Source: an uncultured Rivularia sp. (GTDB taxonomy: Bacteria; Cyanobacteriota; Cyanobacteriia; Cyanobacteriales; Nostocaceae). Taken from it: a stretch of DNA of 64,000 bases. Under the pieces are notes generated by a model, which made no database searches, was not told the origin of the DNA, and was given only the letters and a program-made list of their open reading frames with translations. The position numbers and the translations under genes are program-made. Positions 20,353 through 30,630 of this stretch are shown one piece after another. The DNA is taken from the NCBI GenBank assembly GCA_963665115.1, contig OY762007.1, positions 1-64,000 on the forward strand. The letters are read 5' to 3'. Position 1 is the stretch's first letter. Each line of letters opens with the position of its first letter.

Positions 20353-20517
20353 TTCTTGTAGATTGGGTTAGACACGATTTTTAGATGAAGGCTTATATCG
20401 AAAATATTTATTAATCGTGTCGTAACCCAACATCACCATTTTGATATGATGTGTTAATTGCTTCTTATGATAGACGAAAAGTTTCTACATAACATAATCA
20501 ACAGAAGGTAATCTCCG

Positions 20518-20892
20518 ATGAAGTCCACCTCAACCTATTGGAATCCGTTAGATAAAAGTAATTTCAATGAGTGGGAAGATATAGATGGATCTGAAGGTAA
20601 TCTTCGCCAGTTAACAGTATCTGAAGATAAAAATACTGGAGATTACACTAGATTAACTTGGTTTAAAAGTGGTTATCACACAGGTTCGTTTGGTTCCAAG
20701 AGCCATACATATCCCGAAGAGATATTTGTTGTATCCGGTCGGTTGTACGATGAAGCCTTTGATATGTGGCTTGAGCCAGGATTTTATGCAAGCCGTCCTC
20801 CTGGTGAAGTTCACGGTCCGTTCCATGCAGATGGTGATGTGGTGATTTTTGAAGTTTCATATCCATCACAATCTATCGACGTAATAGATTAG
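20518..20892 (+). CDS. Cupin (ChrR-like) domain protein
   Basis: HTYPEEIFVVSG and RPPGEVHGPF motifs. Confidence 0.8.
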   Translation: MKSTSTYWNPLDKSNFNEWEDIDGSEGNLRQLTVSEDKNTGDYTRLTWFKSGYHTGSFGSKSHTYPEEIFVVSGRLYDEAFDMWLEPGFYASRPPGEVHGPFHADGDVVIFEVSYPSQSIDVID

Positions 20893-21015
20893 CTGTAGTT
20901 CGTAGTTCGTAGGTTGGGTTAAACACGATTTATGAATAAAGGCTTTCGGTGCATTACGACTAATGACTTTAATGTCTAATTAAGTTTTTATCAAAGCATT
21001 ATTGAATTTTGTGAA

Positions 21016-21444
21016 ATGAGAAATCAAAGCTGGTACATTGCTTTTCTAATAGGACTAATGTGTATTATTCGGTTTAGTCTCAGTGCTGTTGGTTATGTTG
21101 ACCCACATTGGTTAATGGAACAACTCAATATTCCTATAAATTCAAATCTCCAAATGCCCTATGTTATCCGTGTTTGGGCAATTAGAGACATTGTGCTTGC
21201 CGTACTTGTTGCTTTTGCAAATAAAAACACTGTAAAAACACTTCTGTTAGCGTGCATTGCTATTGATTTTACCGACATATTATCAGCACATTTAAGTGGT
21301 ATGGCAGGATTATTTAATGTATCCGAAACTTGGTCGCTAAAACTAACTGCAATTGCTGCGCTTGTTCCAGAAATTACGGCTTTAGTATTACTCACTTTTC
21401 GTAAAAAACAGGAGCAGATTAATTTTGAAAACCAGATAGAATAA
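21016..21444 (+). CDS. Small integral membrane protein (DUF4267-like)
   Basis: Four hydrophobic segments and an RVWAIRDIVLA motif. Confidence 0.6.
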   Translation: MRNQSWYIAFLIGLMCIIRFSLSAVGYVDPHWLMEQLNIPINSNLQMPYVIRVWAIRDIVLAVLVAFANKNTVKTLLLACIAIDFTDILSAHLSGMAGLFNVSETWSLKLTAIAALVPEITALVLLTFRKKQEQINFENQIE

Positions 21445-21482
21445 TTATCATACATAAACTTTGCTTTTAGAATTGCAACAAA

Positions 21483-21593
21483 CTAGTACAGTACTACGTA
21501 AATAAAGCACCCATTTAAAAAGTTTGAAAGCCTTATCATATAATACTTTTTACTTCTTACTTTTGACTTTTTACTTCCGCGCAGCGGTACTAG
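21483..21593. mobile_element. 111-bp MITE, CTAGTAC...GTACTAG
   Basis: Near-identical copies at 58607-58717 and 63352-63462; partial copy at ~27107-27136. Confidence 0.9.
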
Positions 21594-21840
21594 CTATTTA
21601 CAGTTGAGTTAGATACGATTTATATATAAACGTTTGAAACGATAATATTTATTAATGGTGTCGGAACTCGACATCAATCCTTCCAATTTCAAACGTTGCT
21701 TCTTTGACTCTTTCATAGTTTTATTGCTTGATTATTGATTTATATAAAATTTCCAATAAATATCTGTTCCTCTAAAAAAGTTTAAACCCACAACTCCTTA
21801 ATACGATAAAATTATTAAAAAATATTAAGGCTGTATCTAA

Positions 21841-22827
21841 ATGAATTTGCTGCTTTCCAGCTTGGGAATTATCCTTGCAATATCAATTGTAAGCATCGCA
21901 CTATATTTACTAAGCGCTCGTCGCTACCAATCATCTGACTCGGTAGCGAATTCCTACGACGAATGGACGGATGACGGTATTTTAGAATATTACTGGGGGG
22001 AACACATTCATTTGGGACATTACGGTTCCCCACCGACAAACAAAGATTTTTTAGCTGCTAAATACGATTTTGTTCATGAAATGGTTCGTTGGGGTGGTTT
22101 GGATAAATTACCCGCAGGTACCACCGTTATAGATGTTGGTTGTGGAATTGGTGGTAGCAGTCGCATTTTGGCGAAAGATTACAATTTTGACGTTACTGGT
22201 GTTACTATCAGCCCCCAGCAGGTGAAACGTGCGACTGAGTTAACCCCGGAAGGTGTCAGCGCTAAATTTGTGGTAGATGATGCGATGGCTCTTTCTTTCC
22301 CAGATGGCAGTTTTGACGTGGTATGGTCAATTGAAGCTGGGCCGCATATGCCGGATAAAGCGGTGTTTGCGTCTGAATTGTTGCGAGTGTTAAAGCCCGG
22401 TGGAATACTGGTTGTAGCCGATTGGAATCAAAGAGATGACCGTCAAATACCGCTGAATTTCTGGGAGAAACCAGTGATGCAGCAATTATTAGATCAATGG
22501 TCCCATCCAGCTTTTTCCAGCATAGAAGGTTTTTCCGAACTTCTAGAAGCCACGGGATTTGTGGAAGGGGAAGTAGTGACAGCAGACTGGACAAAAGAAA
22601 CACTTCCTTCATGGTTCGATACGATTTGGCAGGGAATCATTAAACCCCAAGGATGGATGCGTTTTGGGGTTCGTGGTTTTATTAAATCAGTGCGGGAAGT
22701 ACCTACAATTCTTTTGATGCGGTTAGCATTTGGTACCGGACTTTGCAGATTTGGAATGTTTCGGGCTGTTAGGGGTAATTCAACATCAAAATCGACCAAT
22801 GTTTCGAGTGAAGTTGCTCAAGTTTGA
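21841..22827 (+). CDS. MPBQ/MSBQ-type SAM methyltransferase (tocopherol/plastoquinone pathway, Sll0418-like)
   Basis: N-terminal TM, YQSSDSVANSYDEWT..YYWGEHIHLGHYG and DVGCGIGG. Confidence 0.85.
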   Translation: MNLLLSSLGIILAISIVSIALYLLSARRYQSSDSVANSYDEWTDDGILEYYWGEHIHLGHYGSPPTNKDFLAAKYDFVHEMVRWGGLDKLPAGTTVIDVGCGIGGSSRILAKDYNFDVTGVTISPQQVKRATELTPEGVSAKFVVDDAMALSFPDGSFDVVWSIEAGPHMPDKAVFASELLRVLKPGGILVVADWNQRDDRQIPLNFWEKPVMQQLLDQWSHPAFSSIEGFSELLEATGFVEGEVVTADWTKETLPSWFDTIWQGIIKPQGWMRFGVRGFIKSVREVPTILLMRLAFGTGLCRFGMFRAVRGNSTSKSTNVSSEVAQV

Positions 22828-23083
22828 TTAATTGGGTAATGGGTAATTGGTAATCGAAGGTAGATTATGTATGCTCAGTGTAATCCAATAATCTAAAATT
22901 AATATTGGGTTCCATTTTTATTGCTATTAGAATTTTTAAATATAGAAGAGACGAATAAGCGGTAAAAAAAATCAACTGCCAATTACCAATTACCAATCTA
23001 AAAAAATGGTTCAAACAGTACCTACATAAATTCATGTTTGTTCAGGTGTTTCGCGCTTAAGTCACCGTTTCAATATTGAAATA

Positions 23084-24250
23084 ATGAATTTTAAATTATT
23101 TGAAAGTGTAGCAGATTGCCGTAACACAAATGATTTTAGAAATTTAGCTAAATCAAAGTTACCCGCTCCGATATTTCATTATATAGATGGAGCGGCTGAT
23201 GATGAAGTTACTTATAGAAGAAATACTAAGGCTTATGAAGAATGCGATTTAATTCCCAACGTTTTGGCAGGAGTTGAAGAAGTAGACACTTCTGTAGAAA
23301 TAATGGGAATGAAAATTGATATTCCCATGTTTTGTTCCCCAACAGCACTACAAAGATTATTCCATTATGACGGTGAAAGAGCGGTTGCTAAAGCAGCAGA
23401 AAAATATGGAACTTTATTTGGTATTTCAAGTTTAGGAACCGTTAGTTTACAAGAAATTGGTAAAACAATATCAACACCAAAGATGTTCCAATTTTACTGT
23501 CATAAAGATAAAGGTTTGAATGATGCAATGATAGATATGTGTAGAGAGGCAGATTTTGAGGCGATCGCCTTAACCGTGGATACAATTACTGGAGGAAACC
23601 GAGAAAGAGACTTGTGGACGGGATTTACTACTCCTCCGAAACTTACACCGCAGAGTTTGATTAGTTTTGCTCTACATCCGAATTGGGCGTTAAATTATTT
23701 ATTACGAGAGCCGTTTAGCTTACCACAATTGGAACAACACATTAATAAAGGAACCAATGTAGCAGTATCGGTAGGTGATTATTTAAGCACCATGCTGGAT
23801 CAATCAATGGATTGGCAAGATGCTGAAGAAATTAATAGAAAATGGGGTAAAAAGTTTTGTCTCAAAGGTGTGATGAGCGTTGAAGATGCCAAAAGAGCAG
23901 TTGACATCGGAGCCGATGCAATTATGGTATCAAATCATGGTGGGAGACAATTAGATGGTTGTATTTCTCCTTTCGAGCAGTTAGCAGAAATAGTAGACGC
24001 TGTGGGAGATAAAATTGACGTAATCTGCGACGGTGGTATCAGAAGAGGAACCCACGTTTTAAAAGCACTGTCAGTTGGTGCGAAAGCTTGTTCTGGTGGA
24101 AGATGGTATTTATATGCTTTAGCTGCTGGCGGACAATTGGGAGTTGAAAAAGCTATTTCTAATATGAAAAAAGAAATAGAAAGAGATATGAAACTTATGG
24201 GAATTACTAAACTTTCTCAACTGTCGAGAAACAATATAAAATTTAGATGA
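23084..24250 (+). CDS. FMN-dependent alpha-hydroxy acid oxidase/dehydrogenase (LldD-like)
   Basis: YIDGAADDE, VSNHGGRQLD and DGGIRRGTHV motifs. Confidence 0.92.
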   Translation: MNFKLFESVADCRNTNDFRNLAKSKLPAPIFHYIDGAADDEVTYRRNTKAYEECDLIPNVLAGVEEVDTSVEIMGMKIDIPMFCSPTALQRLFHYDGERAVAKAAEKYGTLFGISSLGTVSLQEIGKTISTPKMFQFYCHKDKGLNDAMIDMCREADFEAIALTVDTITGGNRERDLWTGFTTPPKLTPQSLISFALHPNWALNYLLREPFSLPQLEQHINKGTNVAVSVGDYLSTMLDQSMDWQDAEEINRKWGKKFCLKGVMSVEDAKRAVDIGADAIMVSNHGGRQLDGCISPFEQLAEIVDAVGDKIDVICDGGIRRGTHVLKALSVGAKACSGGRWYLYALAAGGQLGVEKAISNMKKEIERDMKLMGITKLSQLSRNNIKFR

Positions 24251-24306
24251 TTGTAATAATTATCAATTATCAATTATCAATTACCAATTACCTAAATACT
24301 ATAAAT

Positions 24307-24822
24307 ATGGAGAACACCGAATCTTTAATTCCGTTAAAAATAGCTGTCTTAACAGTTTCCGATACTCGCACGGAAGCTGATGATAAATCGGGAAAAATAT
24401 TAGTTGAAAGTTTAACTACAATAGGACATAATTTAGCAGAAAAAGTAATTGTTCCCGACGATATTTATCAAATTCGTGCTGTCGTATCTCGTTGGATTGC
24501 CGATGAATCGGTTCAAGTCATTTTAACAACTGGCGGCACGGGAGTTACCGGACGTGACGGCACTCCAGAAGCAATAAAACCTTTATTAGATAAAGAAATT
24601 GAAGGATTTGGCGAAATATTTCGGATGATTTCTTATCAGGAAATAAAGACTTCTACAATTCAATCTCGCTGTTTGGCTGGTGTTACAAACGGTACCTATA
24701 TCTTTTGTTTACCGGGTTCTTCTGGTGCTTGTAAAACAGGATGGGAGATTATTAAAGAACAATTAGATTCCCGCAATCGTCCCTGTAATTTAGCTCAATT
24801 GATTCCGAGATTAAGGGAATAG
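24307..24822 (+). CDS. moaB: Molybdenum cofactor biosynthesis protein B
   Basis: [23 protein letters not shown] and FCLPGS motifs. Confidence 0.92.
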   Translation: MENTESLIPLKIAVLTVSDTRTEADDKSGKILVESLTTIGHNLAEKVIVPDDIYQIRAVVSRWIADESVQVILTTGGTGVTGRDGTPEAIKPLLDKEIEGFGEIFRMISYQEIKTSTIQSRCLAGVTNGTYIFCLPGSSGACKTGWEIIKEQLDSRNRPCNLAQLIPRLRE

Positions 24823-24914
24823 GGAATGGGGGATTGGGGATTGGGCATTGGTAATTGGTAATTGGTAATTGGTAATTGTTAAGCAAACATAATATAATAC
24901 ATGACATTTTATTC

Positions 24915-26534
24915 ATGAGAATTATCCGCCTTCTGCTCAAAAATTCCAGCAAAAATTTCTTTTTAGCAGCAATATTTAGTTTGCTTAGCGGTGCTAGTGG
25001 TGCCGGTATTATCGCCGTTATCAATTATGCGATGGCCAATTTGCAAAACCCACCAGTTTGGTTAATTGCGCTGTTCGTTATTCTCTGCGTTAGCTTATGG
25101 ATTTTTCAGTTTATTAGTTGGGTACTGATAAATCGGCTGGCTCAGGGAGTTATCTACGATTTACGTTTGGAAATGACTCAACGTATTTTAAATTGTCCTT
25201 TGCAGCATTTGGAAACTTTAGGTATACCAAAGCTGTTAGCAACTTTGACAGATGATATCGCTACGATTTCTTCGGCTTCAGTTCAGCTATCAATGATGAT
25301 AGTAAATTTTGCTATATGCTTGGGAATTTTTGTTTATCTATTCTGGCTCTCTCCGCTACTATTTTTTATTGTATTTAGCTGTGTTTTAGTGAGTTTTTAT
25401 CTTTATAATTCTCTACAAAAACCAGGCATTAAACATTTAGAAAACGCTCGTCAAGTTCAGGATATTTTATTTGGACATATTCGCACGGTTACAGAAGGAG
25501 CAAAAGAATTAAAATTGCACCGCCAAAGAAGAATTGCTTTTATTAATGAGGATTTACAAACAACTGCTAGTAAGCATAAGCGCTACACAATAAAGGGTAT
25601 AACTGCTTTTGCTTTTGCTGGCTCTTTAGGAACAGTCTTATTTTTTATTCCCGTTGGACTGATATTATTTGTTTTTCCTCAATTTGATACGGCTTCTACA
25701 GCGATTATATCTAGTTATGTACTGGCTATTTTATATTTGATTAATCCAATAGCTGAGGTTGTAAATTCTTTACCCCAGATTGCTCAAGCAAATATCGCTT
25801 TAAATAAAATAGAATCTTTAGGAATATCTCTTTCTGAAAAAGTTACTGAGCCGAATTTTCCTACTGGTTCGGATTTTGAATCTAATTGGACGAGTTTAGA
25901 ATTAGTTAATGTAAATCATGCTTATGGTGGAGATAGCGAAGAACATCAGTTTACTTTGGATAATATTACTCTCAAATTTGAGCCAGGTGAATTAGTTTTT
26001 ATTGCCGGTGGTAACGGTAGCGGTAAATCGACTTTAGCTAAGTTAATTACGGGTTTGTACGCTCCCGATAATGGTCAGATTTTATTTAATAATATTCAAG
26101 TTACAGATCAAAACCGCGAATGGTATCGCCAGCAGTTTTCTGTAGTATTTTATGACTTTTATTTATTTGAGCGTTTGTTGGGAATAGAAGAAAACCGCAA
26201 AACAGAAATACAGGACTATTTAACTAAACTAGAATTAGAAAGAAAAGTTACGGTAAAAGACGGTATTTTATCGACAACTGATTTATCCCAAGGGCAGCGC
26301 AAACGTCTAGCATTATTAACAGCTTATTTAGAAAATCGTCCGATTTACGTATTTGATGAATGGGCTTCCGACCAAGATCCCGTATTTAAAGAAATATTTT
26401 ATAATAAATTGCTTCCCGAATTAAAACAGCGCGGTAAAACTATAATTGCTATCAGTCACGATGACCGTTATTTTGATAAGTGCGATCGATTGATTAAACT
26501 GGATTATGGGCGTGTGGTTGGGGATGGGGAATAG
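24915..26534 (+). CDS. Cyclic peptide export ABC transporter (SyrD/PvdE/YojI family)
   Basis: TMD plus NBD with GGNGSGKST, LSQGQRKRLAL and FDEWASDQDP. Confidence 0.9.
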   Translation: MRIIRLLLKNSSKNFFLAAIFSLLSGASGAGIIAVINYAMANLQNPPVWLIALFVILCVSLWIFQFISWVLINRLAQGVIYDLRLEMTQRILNCPLQHLETLGIPKLLATLTDDIATISSASVQLSMMIVNFAICLGIFVYLFWLSPLLFFIVFSCVLVSFYLYNSLQKPGIKHLENARQVQDILFGHIRTVTEGAKELKLHRQRRIAFINEDLQTTASKHKRYTIKGITAFAFAGSLGTVLFFIPVGLILFVFPQFDTASTAIISSYVLAILYLINPIAEVVNSLPQIAQANIALNKIESLGISLSEKVTEPNFPTGSDFESNWTSLELVNVNHAYGGDSEEHQFTLDNITLKFEPGELVFIAGGNGSGKSTLAKLITGLYAPDNGQILFNNIQVTDQNREWYRQQFSVVFYDFYLFERLLGIEENRKTEIQDYLTKLELERKVTVKDGILSTTDLSQGQRKRLALLTAYLENRPIYVFDEWASDQDPVFKEIFYNKLLPELKQRGKTIIAISHDDRYFDKCDRLIKLDYGRVVGDGE

Positions 26535-26599
26535 GACATTGGGGCATTAGGGATAATTATATAATTCGTAGTTTGGGTTACGGCTTGAAAAAATTGGAA

Positions 26600-27105
26600 T
26601 AATAACCATTTTTGAGAAATTTTATAAAAATCTAAATCAAAATCTGATAAAGATGAATATGAAAAAATATAAATTGATTGAAAAAAGTAAATATGCTTTA
26701 CTAAAGAATGAATTAAATTTAAATGAAGAATAGAAGACAAAACTTGCTGAAGTTAAACAAGTATCTCCAAACCTAAAATAATGCATCAACGGTCATGAAA
26801 ACATCAGAATTATTTTTAACGATACATATGATTGGTTAGCAGGACTATTTAAACTTGGTATATGGCTAGATCAAGCGAAAAAATACTTTCTAGTTAGTCA
26901 GAAAACTATTATTCGGTGGATTGATGAAATTATCGCTTACTTTGATAATGGTACAACTAGTGGTGTAGTTGAGGGCATTAATAATAAATTGAAGCTTATT
27001 AAACGCTCGGGTTATGGATTTAGAAACTTTGATAATTTTATAATTAGATGTTTATTTAATTAGCATTTAAGATGTTAGTTAAGCATCCCTTTGTGTTGAA
27101 GAACC
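26600..27105 (+). mobile_element. Decayed ISL3-family transposase 3' remnant
   Basis: Translates to ...IIAYFDNGTTSGVVEGINNKLKLIKRSGYGFRNFDNF and ends in GAAGAACC. Left boundary approximate. Confidence 0.8.
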
Positions 27106-27624
27106 CTTACTTTTTACTTCCGCGCAGCGGTACTAGGGTGTTGACTCTGTACCTCTTTAAGTACTAAAAAATCACGCAAAAAAACTTGTTTGCACCATCG
27201 ACCATTTGTGACAAGAATGACGCTACAGTAACTCCTGAATTATTCTCGCTATAAACGAATTCAAAATTAGGATAATAACTAAATAACTATAAAGCAAAAT
27301 AATATAAGTTTAATTAAGGAATGATGACAGAGCATATTTAAATACAATATAATTAGTATAATTGCTGACAATATATTTGTTATGTTTACATTTGTAGTGG
27401 CTTTTGATTTCTTCAAAGCTGCTCAATAGCCTTGTTTAGATCGTGAATCAAACGTACATTGCCAGGGTAAGCATAGTACAAGTGACTGGGGTATACATCA
27501 ATACAAATCTGACTTTTAAATGTTTATGAAAAACTGCGTTCGACGCGCCAGCGTTGCGGGCTATCGTAGCTGCTAGCTGAGTACATAGATACATCGAATT
27601 TCCAAGTTGTGGGGAGCTATAAAT

Positions 27625-28005
27625 ATGAAAAAGCAAATTCTTGGTTCAACAATTGCGATATCCACAGTTTTATTAACTGCTTTTCCAGGTTTGACAAATA
27701 CGGTAAAAAAGGTTGCCTTACGCAAGATAGATAGCGTCAAATATCAAGCCGTCAAATTAGAAAATTCAATGGATGCAATGTTAAATACCGAACAAGGCGG
27801 TGTAAATCCGATGCCACCGCCACCACGTTGGATTCCCCCAGTTGAAGAAGGTTTAAATGATAAAATGCCGCCAGCTAATATACCAAAAACTCCCGGTTAC
27901 GGTAACTATACGCCCGTAAATTTACCGCCCTCAGCACCTTGGATGACTCCTTCAGTAAAAGATAAAGGTCAACTTAGGAACACACCTGCTTATCCAATTC
28001 GGTAA
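27625..28005 (+). CDS. Hypothetical secreted Pro-rich protein
   Basis: GGGGAG RBS, signal-peptide-like N-terminus and Pro-rich C-terminus. Confidence 0.6.
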   Translation: MKKQILGSTIAISTVLLTAFPGLTNTVKKVALRKIDSVKYQAVKLENSMDAMLNTEQGGVNPMPPPPRWIPPVEEGLNDKMPPANIPKTPGYGNYTPVNLPPSAPWMTPSVKDKGQLRNTPAYPIR

Positions 28006-28360
28006 GCTTGCGGCTCTGCATTCACATATTTAATTCGATTTTCGATTTTAGAATTTAGACTTTAGATTATTTAGTTTTTGTGTATTCGGGTTTCAAATCT
28101 CAATTGATATAAAATATGTTTGATATACAAGAAAAAAGCGCCGAGATGCGGAGAACTATTCGTAGTGGGAGCGTCTCGCTCCCTCGTTACATCAGCAAGC
28201 AAGATGCTTATGTGGTGGAGTACTAATAGTCCTTTTCATTTGTTTTGACGGGTTGTAGAGACGTTATACATAACGTCTCCCGAAGGTTACAAGAAAAACG
28301 AACCGCACTTTGTGAACGCTAACGCACTACCTCTAACCCCTTATAAATTAACAGTTTCAG

Positions 28361-29398
28361 CTATCTAATTCGTTCTTGTCGAAAACCAGAATAGCCGTCC
28401 GTAGTATACCAATATTCCCAAGTTCCTCCAGAAGCTGTTAACCAGTTATTTAAGTCAAACGAGCCGCTTCCTTCCGGTGTTCCTTGAATTTTATATACTT
28501 TAACAGCTTGTCCTTTGTTATCCCAAATTAATGGAGAACCCGGTTTTATTTTTTCTGGGAATGCGTCATTAGTTTGTAAAAAATATGCATCTTGTCCTTT
28601 CTCTGAACCATTACCAAAAACTTGAGCAATTCCGTTTTCATCAATAGCTACAAAAGCACCTTCTTCTAAACCAATAGCGTAAACTGGGTGATTTTCAGCC
28701 ACCATAATTCTAGCCATTAACCCGAAAATTCTCCCATATCTTGTTTCCGGGTGATTGTCGTTGCGTCTATCTAAATGGGTGTCGGTAATGACATTCTTTA
28801 AATAAGGAATTTTGAGGAAATTACTATGAAAAATATCTTGGGTGTTATCATGACAGGGGTCATTTAAAATTTCCGAACTCAGCAATCCTTTGTTATAAGG
28901 AGCATAATAATAGTCTCCTAAAATTGCCATCCCGGCACTAGTTCCACCTATAGGAACCTTCTTATCATTAATTAAATAATTGATTGCATCTTCAGTAGCA
29001 GTTCCTTCCCAAAAATCTTCATATTTATTTTGATCGCCACCAGCAATATATAAAGCATCAGCATTTTTAATAATTTGCACCACCTCCGGATTATTAGCAG
29101 CTTCTCGACTATCAATAGAAAGTTCCGCAGCAGAATTAATTAAATCAACATAGTTATCAGTAATCCACTGTGCTTGCCTGCCAACTCCACCACAACGCAA
29201 AACTAAATAATCTCCCCGATTGGCTTGTTTAAGGAACCATGCAGTAGCTGCATCTTCTCCTACAGTTCCTCCTTCGGCACCACCAATTAAAAGGATGGCA
29301 GGTTTTGCAGAAGAACTATTAACCTTGCCATACTCCAGAAAATATTCAAAATGGTTACTATCACCAGCTTCTCTGTAATCCGGGAGTTTTATAGTCAT
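28361..29398 (-). CDS. Cyanophycinase-like serine peptidase (S51 family)
   Basis: LLIGG, YIAGGDQ, GGTSAG nucleophile and DTH..R motifs. Confidence 0.85.
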   Translation of the reverse strand: MTIKLPDYREAGDSNHFEYFLEYGKVNSSSAKPAILLIGGAEGGTVGEDAATAWFLKQANRGDYLVLRCGGVGRQAQWITDNYVDLINSAAELSIDSREAANNPEVVQIIKNADALYIAGGDQNKYEDFWEGTATEDAINYLINDKKVPIGGTSAGMAILGDYYYAPYNKGLLSSEILNDPCHDNTQDIFHSNFLKIPYLKNVITDTHLDRRNDNHPETRYGRIFGLMARIMVAENHPVYAIGLEEGAFVAIDENGIAQVFGNGSEKGQDAYFLQTNDAFPEKIKPGSPLIWDNKGQAVKVYKIQGTPEGSGSFDLNNWLTASGGTWEYWYTTDGYSGFRQERIR

Positions 29399-29685
29399 AA
29401 AGCAATTGTTTTTAGATCGTACATTTTTATATCACAGTTACCACCCCGTTTATGCTCTAAAGCGAATTTTATTTTTGACGATTGCGGCTATTCCTATTAC
29501 ACATAAAAATAGTCTCCATAAGGGTTTTGGCTATACAAAGAGTAAATTTGACCCGAACCAGGCTTTCAAGCTGAATAATTTCGGATAGCTTAAACCTATT
29601 AAAAAATATAGAGACGAACACACTTGGCTAGCAATAAAGCTTACACATAGTGTTCAAACAAATTAGCTTATCTAAGGAAAAAATC

Positions 29686-30093
29686 ATGTCTATCAAAAAG
29701 AAAATATTGCTCTCACTTGGTGCAATGATTATTGGTAGTTCTGCTGTCTTAGCAATTAATTCTCCTGCTGCTGCTAGTAATGCTGCTGGAGGTTCAACTT
29801 TTCAACACTCGTGCAGAAATATCGGCATTTCAGGAAATGTGCTCAGAGCATCATGCCGTAAAAGAAATGGCAGGTTCCGTAAAAGTGCCATAACTTTGCG
29901 TGGAATTCACAATAAGAATGGAATACTAGCACGCGGAAGCAAAATAGCCTCATTTCACAAAACCTGTAAGAATATTAGAGTTAGTAAAAATCTATTAGCA
30001 GCTACGTGCCGAACAAGAAATGGCAGATTGATAAAGACTGCAATCTTCATAGATAACATTACTAATAATAATGGAATCCTAATATACAAATAA
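29686..30093 (+). CDS. Secreted cyanovirin-N homology (CVNH) protein
   Basis: AAGGA RBS, signal peptide, and two internal repeats F..SC.N....L.A.C..NG......N.NG.L. Confidence 0.8.
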   Translation: MSIKKKILLSLGAMIIGSSAVLAINSPAAASNAAGGSTFQHSCRNIGISGNVLRASCRKRNGRFRKSAITLRGIHNKNGILARGSKIASFHKTCKNIRVSKNLLAATCRTRNGRLIKTAIFIDNITNNNGILIYK

Positions 30094-30332
30094 TAATAGT
30101 AACTGTCATTTGAGACATTTTGCTGGCATTTTTTTTATCTTTACCTAATAGTAAATGTGTTACAGTAGTAAGCGATTTTGGTACTCACTTACTACTGTAT
30201 TTTGTCTGTGTTTTGTACAAAATATATTTGTATAATTAACATTTAAACGCAAACAAAATATAAGTAGATACTGTTACTATCTAATACTCATCAGCAGATG
30301 AAACAACATTACTTTGGCTCTTAAAAAGATGA

Positions 30333-30507
30333 TAAGTGGGTGTGCAAAATTATTTGTGTCATTACGAGCGACAGCGTTAGCGAAGCGTGTCCGATAGGAC
30401 ATAGTAATCGCAAAGTGCTGCGATGATCCACACCTTCGGTGAATGCTTCGTTTCACTTCGTTCCACTCGCAATGACAAATACACAATTAATTTTGCCTAA
30501 GTACTTA
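30333..30507. mobile_element. MITE related to 1885-2014
   Basis: TAAGT...ACTTA ends; shares CGTTCCACTCGCAATGACA internally. Confidence 0.7.
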
Positions 30508-30630
30508 ACCCAGGCAAGTGGCTCTCAAGACCGCTTTTTTCAATGCGATTTTTATTGTCAATTCCTTGGGAGCGGGTAAACATTATTGTAAATTATAAGA
30601 TTAACGTTTACTCGCATATAATTTAGATTT

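Larger units (their letters stand above)
19219..21676. repeat. Dispersed GTTGGGTTAGACACGA...TCGTGTCGTAACCCAAC hairpin family
   Basis: Copies at 19219-19298, 20358-20435, 20909-20928 (half) and 21603-21676, plus a half copy at 15708-15727. Confidence 0.85.

Noticed and set aside
19219..21676. Hairpins as canonical integron attC sites
   Set aside because: GTTRRRY and RYYYAAC occur in the opposite order to attC and no integron integrase is present. Kept only as an analogy.
23084..24250. Alpha-hydroxy acid oxidase as the H2O2 source for the haloperoxidase
   Set aside because: It lies 14 kb away with no linkage, and oxidase versus dehydrogenase activity cannot be told from the sequence.
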